In this document: positions 41,840-51,745 of the stretch, piece after piece
Layout of the letters: every line of letters begins with the position of its first letter
How positions within the stretch are numbered: position 1 is the first letter of the stretch
From: an uncultured Alistipes sp.
GTDB taxonomy: Bacteria > Bacteroidota > Bacteroidia > Bacteroidales > Rikenellaceae
Direction of reading: 5' to 3'
Assembly: GCA_964370585.1 (NCBI GenBank)
Contig: CAYJJV010000012.1
Coordinates: 1 to 58,440, forward strand
Length of the DNA stretch: 58,440 nt
Notes under the pieces: generated by a model
Told to the model about the DNA's origin: nothing
What the model saw: only the letters and a program-made list of their open reading frames with translations
The model's database searches: none
Program-made: the position numbers and the translations under genes

Positions 41840-41915
41840 CAAAAAAATTCTGAATGAAAAACATATACCTCTATAACGTTTAGGTTTTGATGTTGTTATT
41901 ATGGGTTTTAATGTT

Positions 41916-42150
41916 CTCATTGCGGGCTTTGGTGTCGCTTGGCGCGCAATCCATCCATTCGTCTTTACGGGTGGTGATGTGTCGTCATTGCGGGTGGTGA
42001 TGTGTCGTCATTGCGGGTGGTGATGTGTCGTCATTGCGGCCCCCGAGCCGCAATCTCAGCAATAGCAACATTAAAAAGAGATTGCGGGTCGTAGCCCGCA
42101 ATGACGGGAGAGTGGTGCTCAGAATGACGGTGGTGGGTATTCATAATGAG
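41916..42150. repeat. CGTC-type REP doublet with 23-bp tandem arms
   Basis: Unit CGTCATTGCGGGTGGTGATGTGT with starts at 41960 (variant), 41983, 42006, running into the inverted REP pair 42029-42057 / 42078-42106. Confidence 0.85.
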
Positions 42151-42220
42151 TGAGGTGTACATAAAGAAAGTGAGCAAATAAACTTGTGCTCGCTGGGTTC
42201 GAGTTGTGATGTATGCGCAC

Positions 42221-42255
42221 AAAAAAAGCGAGGAGGTAGTTAAACCTCCCCGCTT
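42221..42255 (-). terminator. Terminator after tRNA-Lys
   Basis: AAGCGGGGAGGT...ACCTCCTCGCTT followed by a T-run on the minus strand. Confidence 0.8.
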
Positions 42256-42258
42256 CAG

Positions 42259-42331
42259 TGATTCCGCTGGGGCTCGAACCCAGGACCCCAACATTAAAAG
42301 TGTTGTGCTCTACCAGCTGAGCTACGGAATC
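42259..42331 (-). tRNA. tRNA-Lys (UUU)
   Basis: GATTCCGTAGCTCAGCTGGTAGAGCACAACACTTTTAATGTTGGGGTCCTGGGTTCGAGCCCCAGCGGAATCA; cloverleaf with anticodon TTT; TACATTTG promoter element at 42425-42432. Confidence 0.97.
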
Positions 42332-42514
42332 TCCTATTTACCAATCCTTAAAACTCCCTTGTGCTTTATCAGCCAGACACCCTAAAAGTGCGACCCAGAG
42401 GTGGAATCTTCTGTTTTGGTGGTGCAAATGTATAACTATTTTTTGTAATACCAAAATATTTGGATAATTTTGTGACCATAATTGTGGAAAAACAAATATA
42501 AATTAGATACTATT

Positions 42515-43705
42515 ATGTGTAGAGCATTGATTATTGGAGCTGGCGGTGTGGGTACTGTCGTAGCTCAAAAGGTCGCAGCAGACCCCATTTTTTCGGATGT
42601 TATGTTGGCATCACGCACCAAATCAAAGTGCGATGCAGTCGCAGCAGCGATTGGTGGCGATAGAGTTAAGACGGCACGAGTGGATGCCGATAGCGTACCC
42701 GAGCTGTGCGAGTTGTTTCGCTCCTTTAAGCCAGATATTGTTATCAATGTGGCGCTACCCTACCAAGATTTGACCATTATGGATGCCTGCTTGGAGTGCG
42801 GTTGTAACTACCTCGACACGGCAAACTACGAGCCTAAAGATGAGGCTAAATTTGAGTATTCGTGGCAGTGGGCATACCAAGATAGATTCCGTAGCGCAGG
42901 TCTAACGGCAATTTTGGGTTGTGGTTTTGATCCGGGTGTGACAGCTATCTTTACCGCCTATGCGGCGAAGCACCATTTCGATGAGATTCACTATTTGGAC
43001 ATTGTTGATTGCAATGCAGGCAATCACGGAATGGCGTTTGCGACCAACTTTAACCCCGAAATCAATATCCGTGAGGTGACCCAAAAGGGGCGCTATTACG
43101 AGAATGGCGAGTGGGTCGTAACCGAGCCACACGAGATTCACCGTCCACTGAATTACCCCGAGATTGGCGATCGTGAGTCGTATGTTATCTACCACGAGGA
43201 GTTGGAGTCGTTGGTTAAGAACTTCCCAACAATCAAGCGTGCACGCTTCTGGATGACCTTCGGACAGGAGTATTTGACCCACTTGCGTGTAATTCAAAAT
43301 ATCGGTATGGCTCGCATCGACCCAATTATATATAATGGTGTTGAGATTGTACCTATTCAGTTCCTGAAGGCTGTCTTGCCCGACCCAAAGGCTTTGGGTG
43401 AGAACTATCACGGCAAGACCTCGATTGGTTGCCGTATTCGTGGTGTGAAGGATGGTAAGGAGCGCACATACTATATATATAACAACTGTGACCACGAGCA
43501 GGCCTTCAAAGAGACCGGCACGCAGGCTGTGAGCTACACGACGGGTGTACCGGCGGCTTTGGGAGCATCGATGTGGGCCAGAGGCCTATGGTCGGGCGCT
43601 GGTGTCTACAATGTCGAGGAGTTTAACCCCGATCCATTCTTAGCCGAGTTGGGCGATAGGGGCTTGGTGTGGCACGAGTTGCACGATACAGATATTGAGC
43701 TATAA
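42515..43705 (+). CDS. Carboxy(nor)spermidine dehydrogenase (saccharopine dehydrogenase family)
   Basis: 'IIGAGGVG', 'ALPYQDLTIMDAC', 'GFDPG', 'FATNFNPEINIRE'; overlaps the nspC start. Confidence 0.92.
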   Translation: MCRALIIGAGGVGTVVAQKVAADPIFSDVMLASRTKSKCDAVAAAIGGDRVKTARVDADSVPELCELFRSFKPDIVINVALPYQDLTIMDACLECGCNYLDTANYEPKDEAKFEYSWQWAYQDRFRSAGLTAILGCGFDPGVTAIFTAYAAKHHFDEIHYLDIVDCNAGNHGMAFATNFNPEINIREVTQKGRYYENGEWVVTEPHEIHRPLNYPEIGDRESYVIYHEELESLVKNFPTIKRARFWMTFGQEYLTHLRVIQNIGMARIDPIIYNGVEIVPIQFLKAVLPDPKALGENYHGKTSIGCRIRGVKDGKERTYYIYNNCDHEQAFKETGTQAVSYTTGVPAALGASMWARGLWSGAGVYNVEEFNPDPFLAELGDRGLVWHELHDTDIEL

Positions 43706-44835
43706 TGTTAGATTTTAAGAGCTTACCCTCCCCCGCCTTTGTCTTGGATGAGGCGCTGCTGAAGCGTAACTTAGGAGTAATCGATCGTGTGCGCCGTGAA
43801 TCGGGCGCAGAGATTATCGTTGCCCTTAAAGCATCGGCTATGTGGAGCATATTCCCGCAACTGGCTCGCCATTCGGATGGGGCTACCGCCTCGTCGGTGG
43901 CTGAGGCGAGGTTGGTTGCTGAGGAGTTTGGAGTGCAGGCGCACACCTACGCCCCGACCTATACTGATGCAGGCTTCGAGGAGATTGTAAAGTATAGCGA
44001 CCACATAACGTTCAACTCCCTAAAGCAGTTCGAGCGCTTCTCGCAACGTGCCTTGATACGTGGTATCTCGTGTGGCTTGCGTGTGAACCCTCGCTACTCG
44101 CCCGTCGAGACAGACCTCTACAACCCCTGCGTTGCGGGTTCACGCTTGGGCATCCCGCCCGAGCAGTTGAAGACTTTACCCTCAGGTGTCGAGGGGCTTC
44201 ACTTTCACGTGTTGTGCGAATCTCGTCCCGAGCACCTTAAAAAAGCGTTGGAGGCTGTTGAGGAGCACTTCGGCGAGTTGTTGCCTAAGATTAAATGGCT
44301 CAATATGGGTGGAGGTCACTTGATGACCCACAAGGATTACGATTGCGATGAGCTAATAGCTATCTTAAAGGCGTTCAAGGCTCGATACCCCCACTTGCGC
44401 CTTATCTTGGAGCCGGGTAGTGCCTTTACGTGGCAGACTGGCTATTTAGTATCGACTGTGGAGGATGTGGTTGAGAATGATGACACAACAACGGCAATGT
44501 TGGACGTATCGTTTGCCTGCCATATGCCCGACTGCTTGGAGATGCCATATAAGCCTACAATCGTTGGGGCTCGTGAGCCCGATAAGGGCGATAAGCGCTG
44601 GCGAATGGGTGGTAGTAGCTGTTTGGCGGGTGATTATGTAGGTGACTGGGCATTTGATAGTGAACTGAATGTTGGCGAGCGTGTCATATTTGAAGATATG
44701 ATACACTATACGATGGTCAAGACCACGATGTTCAATGGCGTGGCGCACCCTTCGATTGCGATTGCACGTGAAGATGGCAGCGTCGAGGTGGTGCGAGAGT
44801 TCGGCTATGAGGACTTTAAGAGCCGAATGTCGTAG
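43705..44835 (+). CDS. nspC: Carboxynorspermidine decarboxylase
   Basis: 'LRVNP', 'SRLG', 'GLHFH', 'HMPDCLEMPY', 'SCLAGD', 'HYTMVKTTMFNG'. Confidence 0.95.
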   Translation: MLDFKSLPSPAFVLDEALLKRNLGVIDRVRRESGAEIIVALKASAMWSIFPQLARHSDGATASSVAEARLVAEEFGVQAHTYAPTYTDAGFEEIVKYSDHITFNSLKQFERFSQRALIRGISCGLRVNPRYSPVETDLYNPCVAGSRLGIPPEQLKTLPSGVEGLHFHVLCESRPEHLKKALEAVEEHFGELLPKIKWLNMGGGHLMTHKDYDCDELIAILKAFKARYPHLRLILEPGSAFTWQTGYLVSTVEDVVENDDTTTAMLDVSFACHMPDCLEMPYKPTIVGAREPDKGDKRWRMGGSSCLAGDYVGDWAFDSELNVGERVIFEDMIHYTMVKTTMFNGVAHPSIAIAREDGSVEVVREFGYEDFKSRMS

Positions 44836-44890
44836 TTTTTTACTATATTTGTCACAAAATTAGAAGAGATTTCCCAAATTTATTAGATTT

Positions 44891-46183
44891 ATGAGTGAAT
44901 TTACACCAACAAAATATATGCTCGAGTGTATCGCCTCTGGGCGCAAGTTCGAGGACAAAGGTTGGACTTTGGCCGATGGCGAGTGTGACGCCCCATCTCT
45001 AATTCGTGCCCATTACGAGAAGCGACAGATTGATGTTAAACCTTCGGATTGGGGCATCTATCGTTTTTGCGACTGGTTGCCGATAAAGCGAGTGTTGAAG
45101 GGGTCGTCAGCCCCCGTAACATATAAGAGCGAGGGTTTGGCTAAGGAGCTTGGGTTGGAGAACCTATACATTACATTTAGTGGCTACTTCCCTTCTAAGG
45201 GTGTCGAGATGACCACCTGCTCATTCAAAGAGACTGAGGCTTATAGCGTTTGCGGACGTATCTCGCCCGACGAGGAGCGAGTTTTGGTTGTGGCATCGGC
45301 TGGCAACACGGCACGTGCCTTTGCTAAGGTATGTTCAGATAACAACATCAAACTTCTGCTCTCGGTTCCAGCCGATAACCTTGATGCGATGTGGTTTCGT
45401 GAGCCGTTGAATGATTGCGTAAAACTGATAGCTTGCGACAAGGGTGGCGACTATTTTGATGCTATTCGTCTGAGCGATATGGCGTTAGAGTGCGATAAAT
45501 ACTATGCCGAAGGTGGTGCGAAGAATATCGCTCGCCGTGATGGTATGGCGACAACTACCCTCTCGGCAGTAACTACGATTGGCCGTATTCCCGATTTCTA
45601 TTTCCAAGCTGTTGGTAGCGGTACGGGTGCGATAGCTGCGTGGGAGGCTACGATGCGCCTTAGGGAGGATGGCCGTTTTGGCAACAACAATATGAAGTTG
45701 ATGGTGGCTCAGAACGCCCCGTTTGTACCTATGTACGATGCGTGGCGTGTCGGTTCACGTGCACTGCTACCCTATGAGGATGATAAGGCTCGCCGTGATG
45801 CTGGTATTATCGATGCTAAGGTTCTCTCGAATCGTCGTCCACCATTTAGCTTGGCGGGCGGTCTGTTTGACGCCTTGAAGGCGACCGATGGCGATATGAT
45901 GGTGGCAACCAACGCTCAAGCACGCAAGGCGCAACGCCTATTCGAGCTCTCGGAGGGCATCGATATTCACCCAGCGGCTGCTGTGGCAACGGCAACACTC
46001 ATCAAGGCTGTGGCAGATGGTACGGTGGCTAAGGATGCTGTTGTGATGCTCAACATCACGGGCGGTGGCGAAGAGCTACTTAACCGTGAGGGCGAGAGGT
46101 GGTATCTAAAACCTACACACATATTCCCATTGAGCGTGAATGTCGAAGATGTTATTGAGAAGGTCGAAACAATGTTTGAGTAG
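44891..46183 (+). CDS. Cysteate synthase (threonine-synthase-like PLP enzyme)
   Basis: 'TCSFKETEA', 'ASAGNTARAF', 'EGGAKNIARRDGM', 'QAVGSGTG', 'KVLSNR', 'NITGGG'; own TATATTTG element at 44844-44851. Confidence 0.82.
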   Translation: MSEFTPTKYMLECIASGRKFEDKGWTLADGECDAPSLIRAHYEKRQIDVKPSDWGIYRFCDWLPIKRVLKGSSAPVTYKSEGLAKELGLENLYITFSGYFPSKGVEMTTCSFKETEAYSVCGRISPDEERVLVVASAGNTARAFAKVCSDNNIKLLLSVPADNLDAMWFREPLNDCVKLIACDKGGDYFDAIRLSDMALECDKYYAEGGAKNIARRDGMATTTLSAVTTIGRIPDFYFQAVGSGTGAIAAWEATMRLREDGRFGNNNMKLMVAQNAPFVPMYDAWRVGSRALLPYEDDKARRDAGIIDAKVLSNRRPPFSLAGGLFDALKATDGDMMVATNAQARKAQRLFELSEGIDIHPAAAVATATLIKAVADGTVAKDAVVMLNITGGGEELLNREGERWYLKPTHIFPLSVNVEDVIEKVETMFE

Positions 46184-46206
46184 ACAACTATAAATTGATA
46201 ATTGAG

Positions 46207-46236
46207 GAGCTGTTCTTTGTGAACGGCTCTTTTTTT
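46207..46236 (+). terminator. Intrinsic terminator after cysteate synthase
   Basis: GAGCTGTTC-TTTGT-GAACGGCTC followed by a T-run. Confidence 0.8.
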
Positions 46237-46243
46237 GCTCTAT

Positions 46244-46456
46244 CAGTAGTGATGCGTTAAGTTCTATTTTGTTTATATAATATGTTGATTAATAGTGACT
46301 TGTGTAGTTATTTGTAGTAAATGATTCAATTTTAAAATTCAGTTTCCGTCATTGCGGACTTGATCCGCAATCTCATAAAAGAGCTGACAATTAGAGTATT
46401 GAGATTGCGGGTCAAGCCCGCAATGACGAGGTGGGAGTTTTAGCGCATCACTAATA
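46244..46456 (+). mobile_element. 213-bp MITE, copy 1, carrying a REP doublet
   Basis: TIRs CAGTAGTGATGCGTTAA / TTAGCGCATCACTAATA; 9-bp TSD TTGCTCTAT (46235-46243, 46457-46465); homologous to 57335-57495. Confidence 0.88.
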
Positions 46457-46527
46457 TTGCTCTATATCTATTGCTTTGTAAAGAAATAATACCTATATTT
46501 GATACTTAAAAACAACCTAAGACCAAT

Positions 46528-48228
46528 ATGAATAGACGAGTTATTGAGTGCGTTCCAAACTTTAGCGAGGGGCGTGATATGGGGATAATCCGTGAGATTA
46601 CCGATAAAATCGAGAGTGTGGAGGGCGTTAAGCTCTTGGATGTCGATGCGGGCGAGGCGACCAACCGAACGGTTGTGACCTTTGTGGGCGAGCCTGAAGC
46701 GGTGGTCGAGGCGGCATTTCGTGGCGTTAAACGTGCCGCTGAGCTAATCGATATGAGCCGTCATAAGGGTGCTCACCCACGCATTGGCGCTACCGATGTT
46801 CTACCCTTAATCCCTATTTCGGGCGTTACTTTAGAGGAGTGTGCCGAGTTGGCTCGAGCGTTAGCTGAGCGCATTGCAGATGAGCTCTTAATACCCACGT
46901 TTTGTTATGAGGCGGCAGCCCTGAAACCCGAACGCCGAAACTTGGCCTATTGTCGCAAGGGAGAGTATGAGGCGCTGGCGGAGAGACTGATAGTCGATGA
47001 GTCGGCACCCGATTATGGGGCTCGAGCGATGGACGAGCGCATAGCTCAAACGGGCGTTACGGCGGTCGGAGCTCGGGACTTTCTGATTGCTGTCAATTTC
47101 AACCTCAATACCACCTCCACACGCCGTGCCAACGCCATATCATTTGATGTGCGTGAGAAGGGGCGTGTGGTGCGTGAGGGCAACCCCATTACGGGTAAAA
47201 TCGTGCGTGATGCGCTGGGCGAGCCTGTGATGCAAGCCGGGACGCTGAAGGCTACAAAGGCTATCGGGTGGTTCATCGAGGAGTATGGCATAGCGCAGGT
47301 GTCGATGAACATCACCGATATTGCCACTACCCCACTACACATAGCATTTGACGAGGTTGTGCGTGCCGCTGCCGCTCGTGGCGTGCGTGTTACGGGTACC
47401 GAGATTGTGGGGCTTGTGCCCAAGAGTGCACTGTTGGATGCAGGGCGCTATTTTTTAGAGAAACAGCAACGTTCGTTGGGCATTAGCGATGAAGAGATAA
47501 TCCATATTGCAGTTAAGAGTATGGGGTTGGATGACCTAAAACCATTCATTGCCGAAGAGAAGGTTATCGAGTACCTGCTCACAAAGGAGGAGGATAAAAA
47601 GCGTCTTATAGATATGACCTGCAAGGGTTTTGCACTTGAAACAGCGAGCGAGTCGCCAGCTCCGGGTGGCGGTTCGGTGGCGGCATATATGGGGGCGCTG
47701 GGGGCGTCGTTGTGTACGATGGTTGCCAACCTCTCATCACATAAAGCGGGTTGGGATAGTAGATGGCGTGAGTTCTCGGATTGGGCAGAGCGTGGACAGA
47801 CACTGACTGCTGAATTGTTACACTTGGTGGATGAAGATACGGCAGCCTTTAACCGCATAATGGCAGTATATTCAATGCCCAAGACGACAGATGAGGAGAA
47901 GGCTCTGCGCCGTGAAGCGTTGGAGAGTGCAACCCTATATGCCACCGAAGTGCCCTTGCGCACGATGCAGTGTGCAATGCAGTGCTTCGATATTGCACGT
48001 GCTATGGCCCAAGAGGGTAACCCCAATTCGGTGTCAGATGCAGGTGTGGGGGCTCTGGCGGTGCGAAGTGCCGTGATGGGTGCTTGGCTCAACGTTAAAA
48101 TCAATGCCGCAGGGCTAAAAGATAGGTCGGTGGCTGAAGAGCTGTTGGGGCAGGGGCGCTTGTTGGTATTCGAGGCGGAGCGAACGGAGCGTGAGATTTT
48201 GGAGGTTGTAGATACAAAAATCGACTAA
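46528..48228 (+). CDS. ftcD: Fused glutamate formimidoyltransferase/cyclodeaminase
   Basis: 'ECVPNFSEGR', 'HPRIGATDV', 'QVSMN', cyclodeaminase 'SPAPGGGSVAA', 'NPNSVSDAGV'; TATATTTG element at 46494-46501. Confidence 0.93.
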   Translation: MNRRVIECVPNFSEGRDMGIIREITDKIESVEGVKLLDVDAGEATNRTVVTFVGEPEAVVEAAFRGVKRAAELIDMSRHKGAHPRIGATDVLPLIPISGVTLEECAELARALAERIADELLIPTFCYEAAALKPERRNLAYCRKGEYEALAERLIVDESAPDYGARAMDERIAQTGVTAVGARDFLIAVNFNLNTTSTRRANAISFDVREKGRVVREGNPITGKIVRDALGEPVMQAGTLKATKAIGWFIEEYGIAQVSMNITDIATTPLHIAFDEVVRAAAARGVRVTGTEIVGLVPKSALLDAGRYFLEKQQRSLGISDEEIIHIAVKSMGLDDLKPFIAEEKVIEYLLTKEEDKKRLIDMTCKGFALETASESPAPGGGSVAAYMGALGASLCTMVANLSSHKAGWDSRWREFSDWAERGQTLTAELLHLVDEDTAAFNRIMAVYSMPKTTDEEKALRREALESATLYATEVPLRTMQCAMQCFDIARAMAQEGNPNSVSDAGVGALAVRSAVMGAWLNVKINAAGLKDRSVAEELLGQGRLLVFEAERTEREILEVVDTKID

Positions 48229-48232
48229 GAGT

Positions 48233-50260
48233 ATGGATACAATAACACGAGAGGAGTTTCAAAAAGAGATTTTGGCAGGCATCCCATCGAAGTTGCCAGC
48301 GCTAAAACCCTACGATAAGAGTGTGAGCCACGCCCCAAAGCGCAAGGCAATCCTAAGTGACAAGGAGCGTGTGCTGGCGATTAAAAATGCCCTAAGATAC
48401 CTCCCCGAAGAGCACCACGCCCAGTTGGCTCGGGAGTTCTCGGATGAACTAAACCGCTATGGACGTATATATATGTATCGCCTACGCCCATCCTACTCAA
48501 TCTATGCACGCTCCATCGATGACTACCCCCACCGTTCACGTCAAGCGGCAGCCATTATGTTGATGATTGACAACAATTTAGATCCACGTGTGGCGCAACA
48601 TCCCCACGAACTGATAACCTATGGTGGCAATGGTGCCGTATTCCAAAATTGGGCGCAATATAGGCTTGTGATGCAGTATCTGGCCCAAATGACCGACTCT
48701 CAGACTCTGGTCATCTACTCGGGGCACCCTTTGGGGTTGTTTCCATCTTCTGCGGCGGCTCCACGTGTTGTTGTGACAAATGGTATGGTCATCCCTAACT
48801 ACTCGTCGGCAGATGAGCAGGAGCGACTGAATGCTCTGGGTGTATCGCAATATGGACAGATGACAGCTGGCTCATATATGTATATAGGTCCGCAGGGCAT
48901 CGTGCACGGCACAACCATTACGATAATGAACGCTGCACGTAAGCTACTTAACGCCACACGTACTTCGACAAGAGGTATGTTGTTCGTATCGTCGGGCTTG
49001 GGCGGTATGTCGGGAGCACAGCTTAAGGCGGGTAATATCTCGGGCGTTGTGAGCGTTGTGGCTGAGATAAACCCTGCAGCGGCACAAAAGCGCTATGAGC
49101 AGGGGTGGGTTGATGAGCTATATGATAGCTTGGATGAGCTTATCCCACGCCTGCGTAGGGCGGTAAAAGATGGCGAGGTGCGCTCGTTGGCCTATGTTGG
49201 TAATGTTGTTGAGTTGTGGGAGCGCTTGGCGGATGAAGATATTAAGGTCGATTTGGGCTCTGACCAAACTTCGCTACACAACCCCGCATCGGGTGGATAC
49301 TACCCTGCTGGGCTCTCTTTCGAGGCGGCAAATCGTATGATTGTCGATGAACCTCAGCGCTTTAAGGAGTGTGTGCAGGATTCGTTGCGCCGTCAAGTCA
49401 AGGCTATCAACACCCTCTCGGAGCGAGGAATGTACTTCTTCGACTATGGCAACGCCTTTTTGTTGGAGGCGTCACGTGCAGGGGCCGATATAATGCGTGA
49501 GGGCAAGTTCCGCTACCCCTCTTACGTGCAGGATATTATGGGTCCGATGTTCTTCGACTATGGTTTTGGGCCATTCCGCTGGGTCTGCACATCGGGCAAG
49601 GATGAAGATTTAGAACTGACAGACAAGATAGCCGAAGAGGTCTTAATTCGTTTGCGAGATGGGGCTGAAGATGATATTCGGGCGCAGTTTGACGACAATA
49701 TACACTGGATTCGTGAGGCTGGGCGCAATAGATTGGTTGTGGGCTCGAAGGCTCGTATTTTGTATGCCGACAGCCGTGCACGCATTGCCATTGCGCAGGC
49801 GTTCAACACAGCCATCAAAGAGGGGCGCATCACAGCACCCATAGTCTTGGGGCGTGACCATCACGATGTTTCGGGCACCGATTCGCCATATCGTGAGACC
49901 TCTAACATATATGATGGCTCGGCTTTTACTGCCGATATGGCTGTACACAACGTAATTGGCGACTCGTTTCGTGGCGCAACTTGGGTGTCGCTACACAATG
50001 GCGGTGGTGTCGGCTGGGGCGAGGTGATAAATGGTGGCTTTGGAATGGTCATCGATGGTTCGGCTGAGAGCGCTGAGCGTATCTCGTCGATGCTTCTCTG
50101 GGATGTCAATAACGGCATCGCACGCCGTAGCTGGGCACGCAATAAAGGGGCTATATCGGCCATCGAACGTGAGATGCAGCGCACCGAAAATCTACGTGTG
50201 ACAATTCCATATATAGCTGATGATGAGTTGATTGAAAATATACTTAAAGAGCAAAATTAA
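48233..50260 (+). CDS. hutU: Urocanate hydratase (long form)
   Basis: 'YGQMTAGS', 'GLGGMSGAQ', 'SDQTS', 'GRDHHD', 'HNGGGVG'. Confidence 0.96.
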   Translation: MDTITREEFQKEILAGIPSKLPALKPYDKSVSHAPKRKAILSDKERVLAIKNALRYLPEEHHAQLAREFSDELNRYGRIYMYRLRPSYSIYARSIDDYPHRSRQAAAIMLMIDNNLDPRVAQHPHELITYGGNGAVFQNWAQYRLVMQYLAQMTDSQTLVIYSGHPLGLFPSSAAAPRVVVTNGMVIPNYSSADEQERLNALGVSQYGQMTAGSYMYIGPQGIVHGTTITIMNAARKLLNATRTSTRGMLFVSSGLGGMSGAQLKAGNISGVVSVVAEINPAAAQKRYEQGWVDELYDSLDELIPRLRRAVKDGEVRSLAYVGNVVELWERLADEDIKVDLGSDQTSLHNPASGGYYPAGLSFEAANRMIVDEPQRFKECVQDSLRRQVKAINTLSERGMYFFDYGNAFLLEASRAGADIMREGKFRYPSYVQDIMGPMFFDYGFGPFRWVCTSGKDEDLELTDKIAEEVLIRLRDGAEDDIRAQFDDNIHWIREAGRNRLVVGSKARILYADSRARIAIAQAFNTAIKEGRITAPIVLGRDHHDVSGTDSPYRETSNIYDGSAFTADMAVHNVIGDSFRGATWVSLHNGGGVGWGEVINGGFGMVIDGSAESAERISSMLLWDVNNGIARRSWARNKGAISAIEREMQRTENLRVTIPYIADDELIENILKEQN

Positions 50261-50263
50261 ACT

Positions 50264-51745
50264 ATGCAGTATCACGATATTAGCGCCGAAAAGCTAACCT
50301 TAGAGCGCATCTTAAAAATTACGACCCAAAAACTACACCTTCGCTTAAGTTGTGAGGCACGTGCAAAAATCGTAGAGTGCCGACAATTCTTGGACGAGAA
50401 AATCGCCTCAAGCACCACCCCAATTTATGGCATAACGACTGGCTTTGGCTCGCTGTGCGATATATCTGTTGGGCGGGATGAGCTGAGCGAGTTGCAGCGA
50501 AACCTCGTAATGTCGCACGCCTGCGGTACGGGCGATAGAGTGCCAAATGAGATTGTGCGCTTGGTGCTGTTGCTAAAGATTCAGTCGTTGTCGTATGGCC
50601 ACTCGGGTGTGCAACTTGCTACCGTTGAGCGATTGATTGATATGTATAATAACGATATTATGCCTGTGTTATTTGAGCAGGGTTCGTTGGGTGCTTCGGG
50701 CGATTTATCCCCTTTAGCACACCTCACTTTGCCCATTTTGGGGCTGGGTGAGGTTGAATTTAAAGGCGAGCGTATTGCCTCAAGCGAGGTGCTTCGTAAG
50801 ATGGACTGGGAGCCTATCACGTTGCAGTCAAAGGAGGGGTTGGCGCTACTAAATGGAACCCAATTTATGAGCGCTTATGGAGTTTGGGCACTGCTTAACT
50901 CGCTACACCTCAGCCATTGTGCCGACACCATTGCGGCAATCTCGTTGGATGCCTTTGATGGCCGCATTGAGCCATTTTGCGACAATGTACACCAAGTTAG
51001 ACCCCACAAAGGGCAGATTGAAACGGCTCGTGTGGTGCGTGACGTATTGAGTGGAAGCGAGATATTGGCGCAGTCGAAAAAACACGTTCAAGACCCCTAC
51101 TCGTTTAGGTGTGTTCCGCAGGTGCACGGAGCGACAAAGGATACTATTGAGTATGTACGCAATGTAATTGAAACTGAGATAAATAGCACCACCGACAACC
51201 CTACCATCTTCGTTGATGAGGATATGATTATCTCGGCAGGTAATTTTCACGGACAACCCATCGCCCTGCCAATGGATTTCTTAGCGATTGCCATTGCCGA
51301 GTTGGGTAACATCTCCGAAAGGCGCTGTTATAAGCTAATCTCAGGGGCTCGTGACTTGCCTAAATTTTTGGTTGCGAAGATGGGGCTAAATAGCGGTTTT
51401 ATGATTCCTCAATACACTGCAGCCTCGATTGTGAGCCAATCTAAAGGGTTGTGTATGCCCGCATCGGTCGATTCTATACCCTCTTCGCAGGGGCAGGAGG
51501 ATCACGTGAGTATGGGGGCGAATGCCGCCACGAAACTCCGCCGTGTGGTTTTGAACACCAAACGAGTCTTGGCAATCGAGCTGATGAATGGCGTGCAGGC
51601 GTTGGATTTTCGTCGCCCATTACGCTCTTCACCCACCATTGAGGCGATTGTCGAGCGCTATCGCAAGGTTGTCCCCTTTATCGAGAGTGACGAGGTACTG
51701 TACCCACATATCGAGAGTTCAATTAAATTTTTGGATGAATTATGA
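50264..51745 (+). CDS. hutH: Histidine ammonia-lyase
   Basis: MIO motif 'GASGDL', 'YGITTGFG', 'QDPYSFRC', 'QEDHVSM'. Confidence 0.97.
   Translation: MQYHDISAEKLTLERILKITTQKLHLRLSCEARAKIVECRQFLDEKIASSTTPIYGITTGFGSLCDISVGRDELSELQRNLVMSHACGTGDRVPNEIVRLVLLLKIQSLSYGHSGVQLATVERLIDMYNNDIMPVLFEQGSLGASGDLSPLAHLTLPILGLGEVEFKGERIASSEVLRKMDWEPITLQSKEGLALLNGTQFMSAYGVWALLNSLHLSHCADTIAAISLDAFDGRIEPFCDNVHQVRPHKGQIETARVVRDVLSGSEILAQSKKHVQDPYSFRCVPQVHGATKDTIEYVRNVIETEINSTTDNPTIFVDEDMIISAGNFHGQPIALPMDFLAIAIAELGNISERRCYKLISGARDLPKFLVAKMGLNSGFMIPQYTAASIVSQSKGLCMPASVDSIPSSQGQEDHVSMGANAATKLRRVVLNTKRVLAIELMNGVQALDFRRPLRSSPTIEAIVERYRKVVPFIESDEVLYPHIESSIKFLDEL

Noticed and set aside
41960..42057. Possible CRISPR array
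   Set aside because: Units are contiguous 23-bp tandem copies with no unique spacers, and no cas genes are present
42031..42294. 87-aa minus-strand ORF
   Set aside because: Runs through tRNA-Lys, its terminator and the REP pair; spurious
42259..42331. tRNA-Lys as integration site for the capsule locus
   Set aside because: No duplicated tRNA-Lys 3' end seen at the far boundary and no integrase in the window
42515..46183. Single pathway linking the polyamine genes and cysteate synthase
   Set aside because: Cysteate synthase has its own TATATTTG element, and the dehydrogenase/decarboxylase pair is a complete known module
47448..48104. 218-aa antisense ORF (also 42902-43495, 2923-3459, 13479-14009)
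   Set aside because: Shadow frames of well-supported genes with no recognisable motifs
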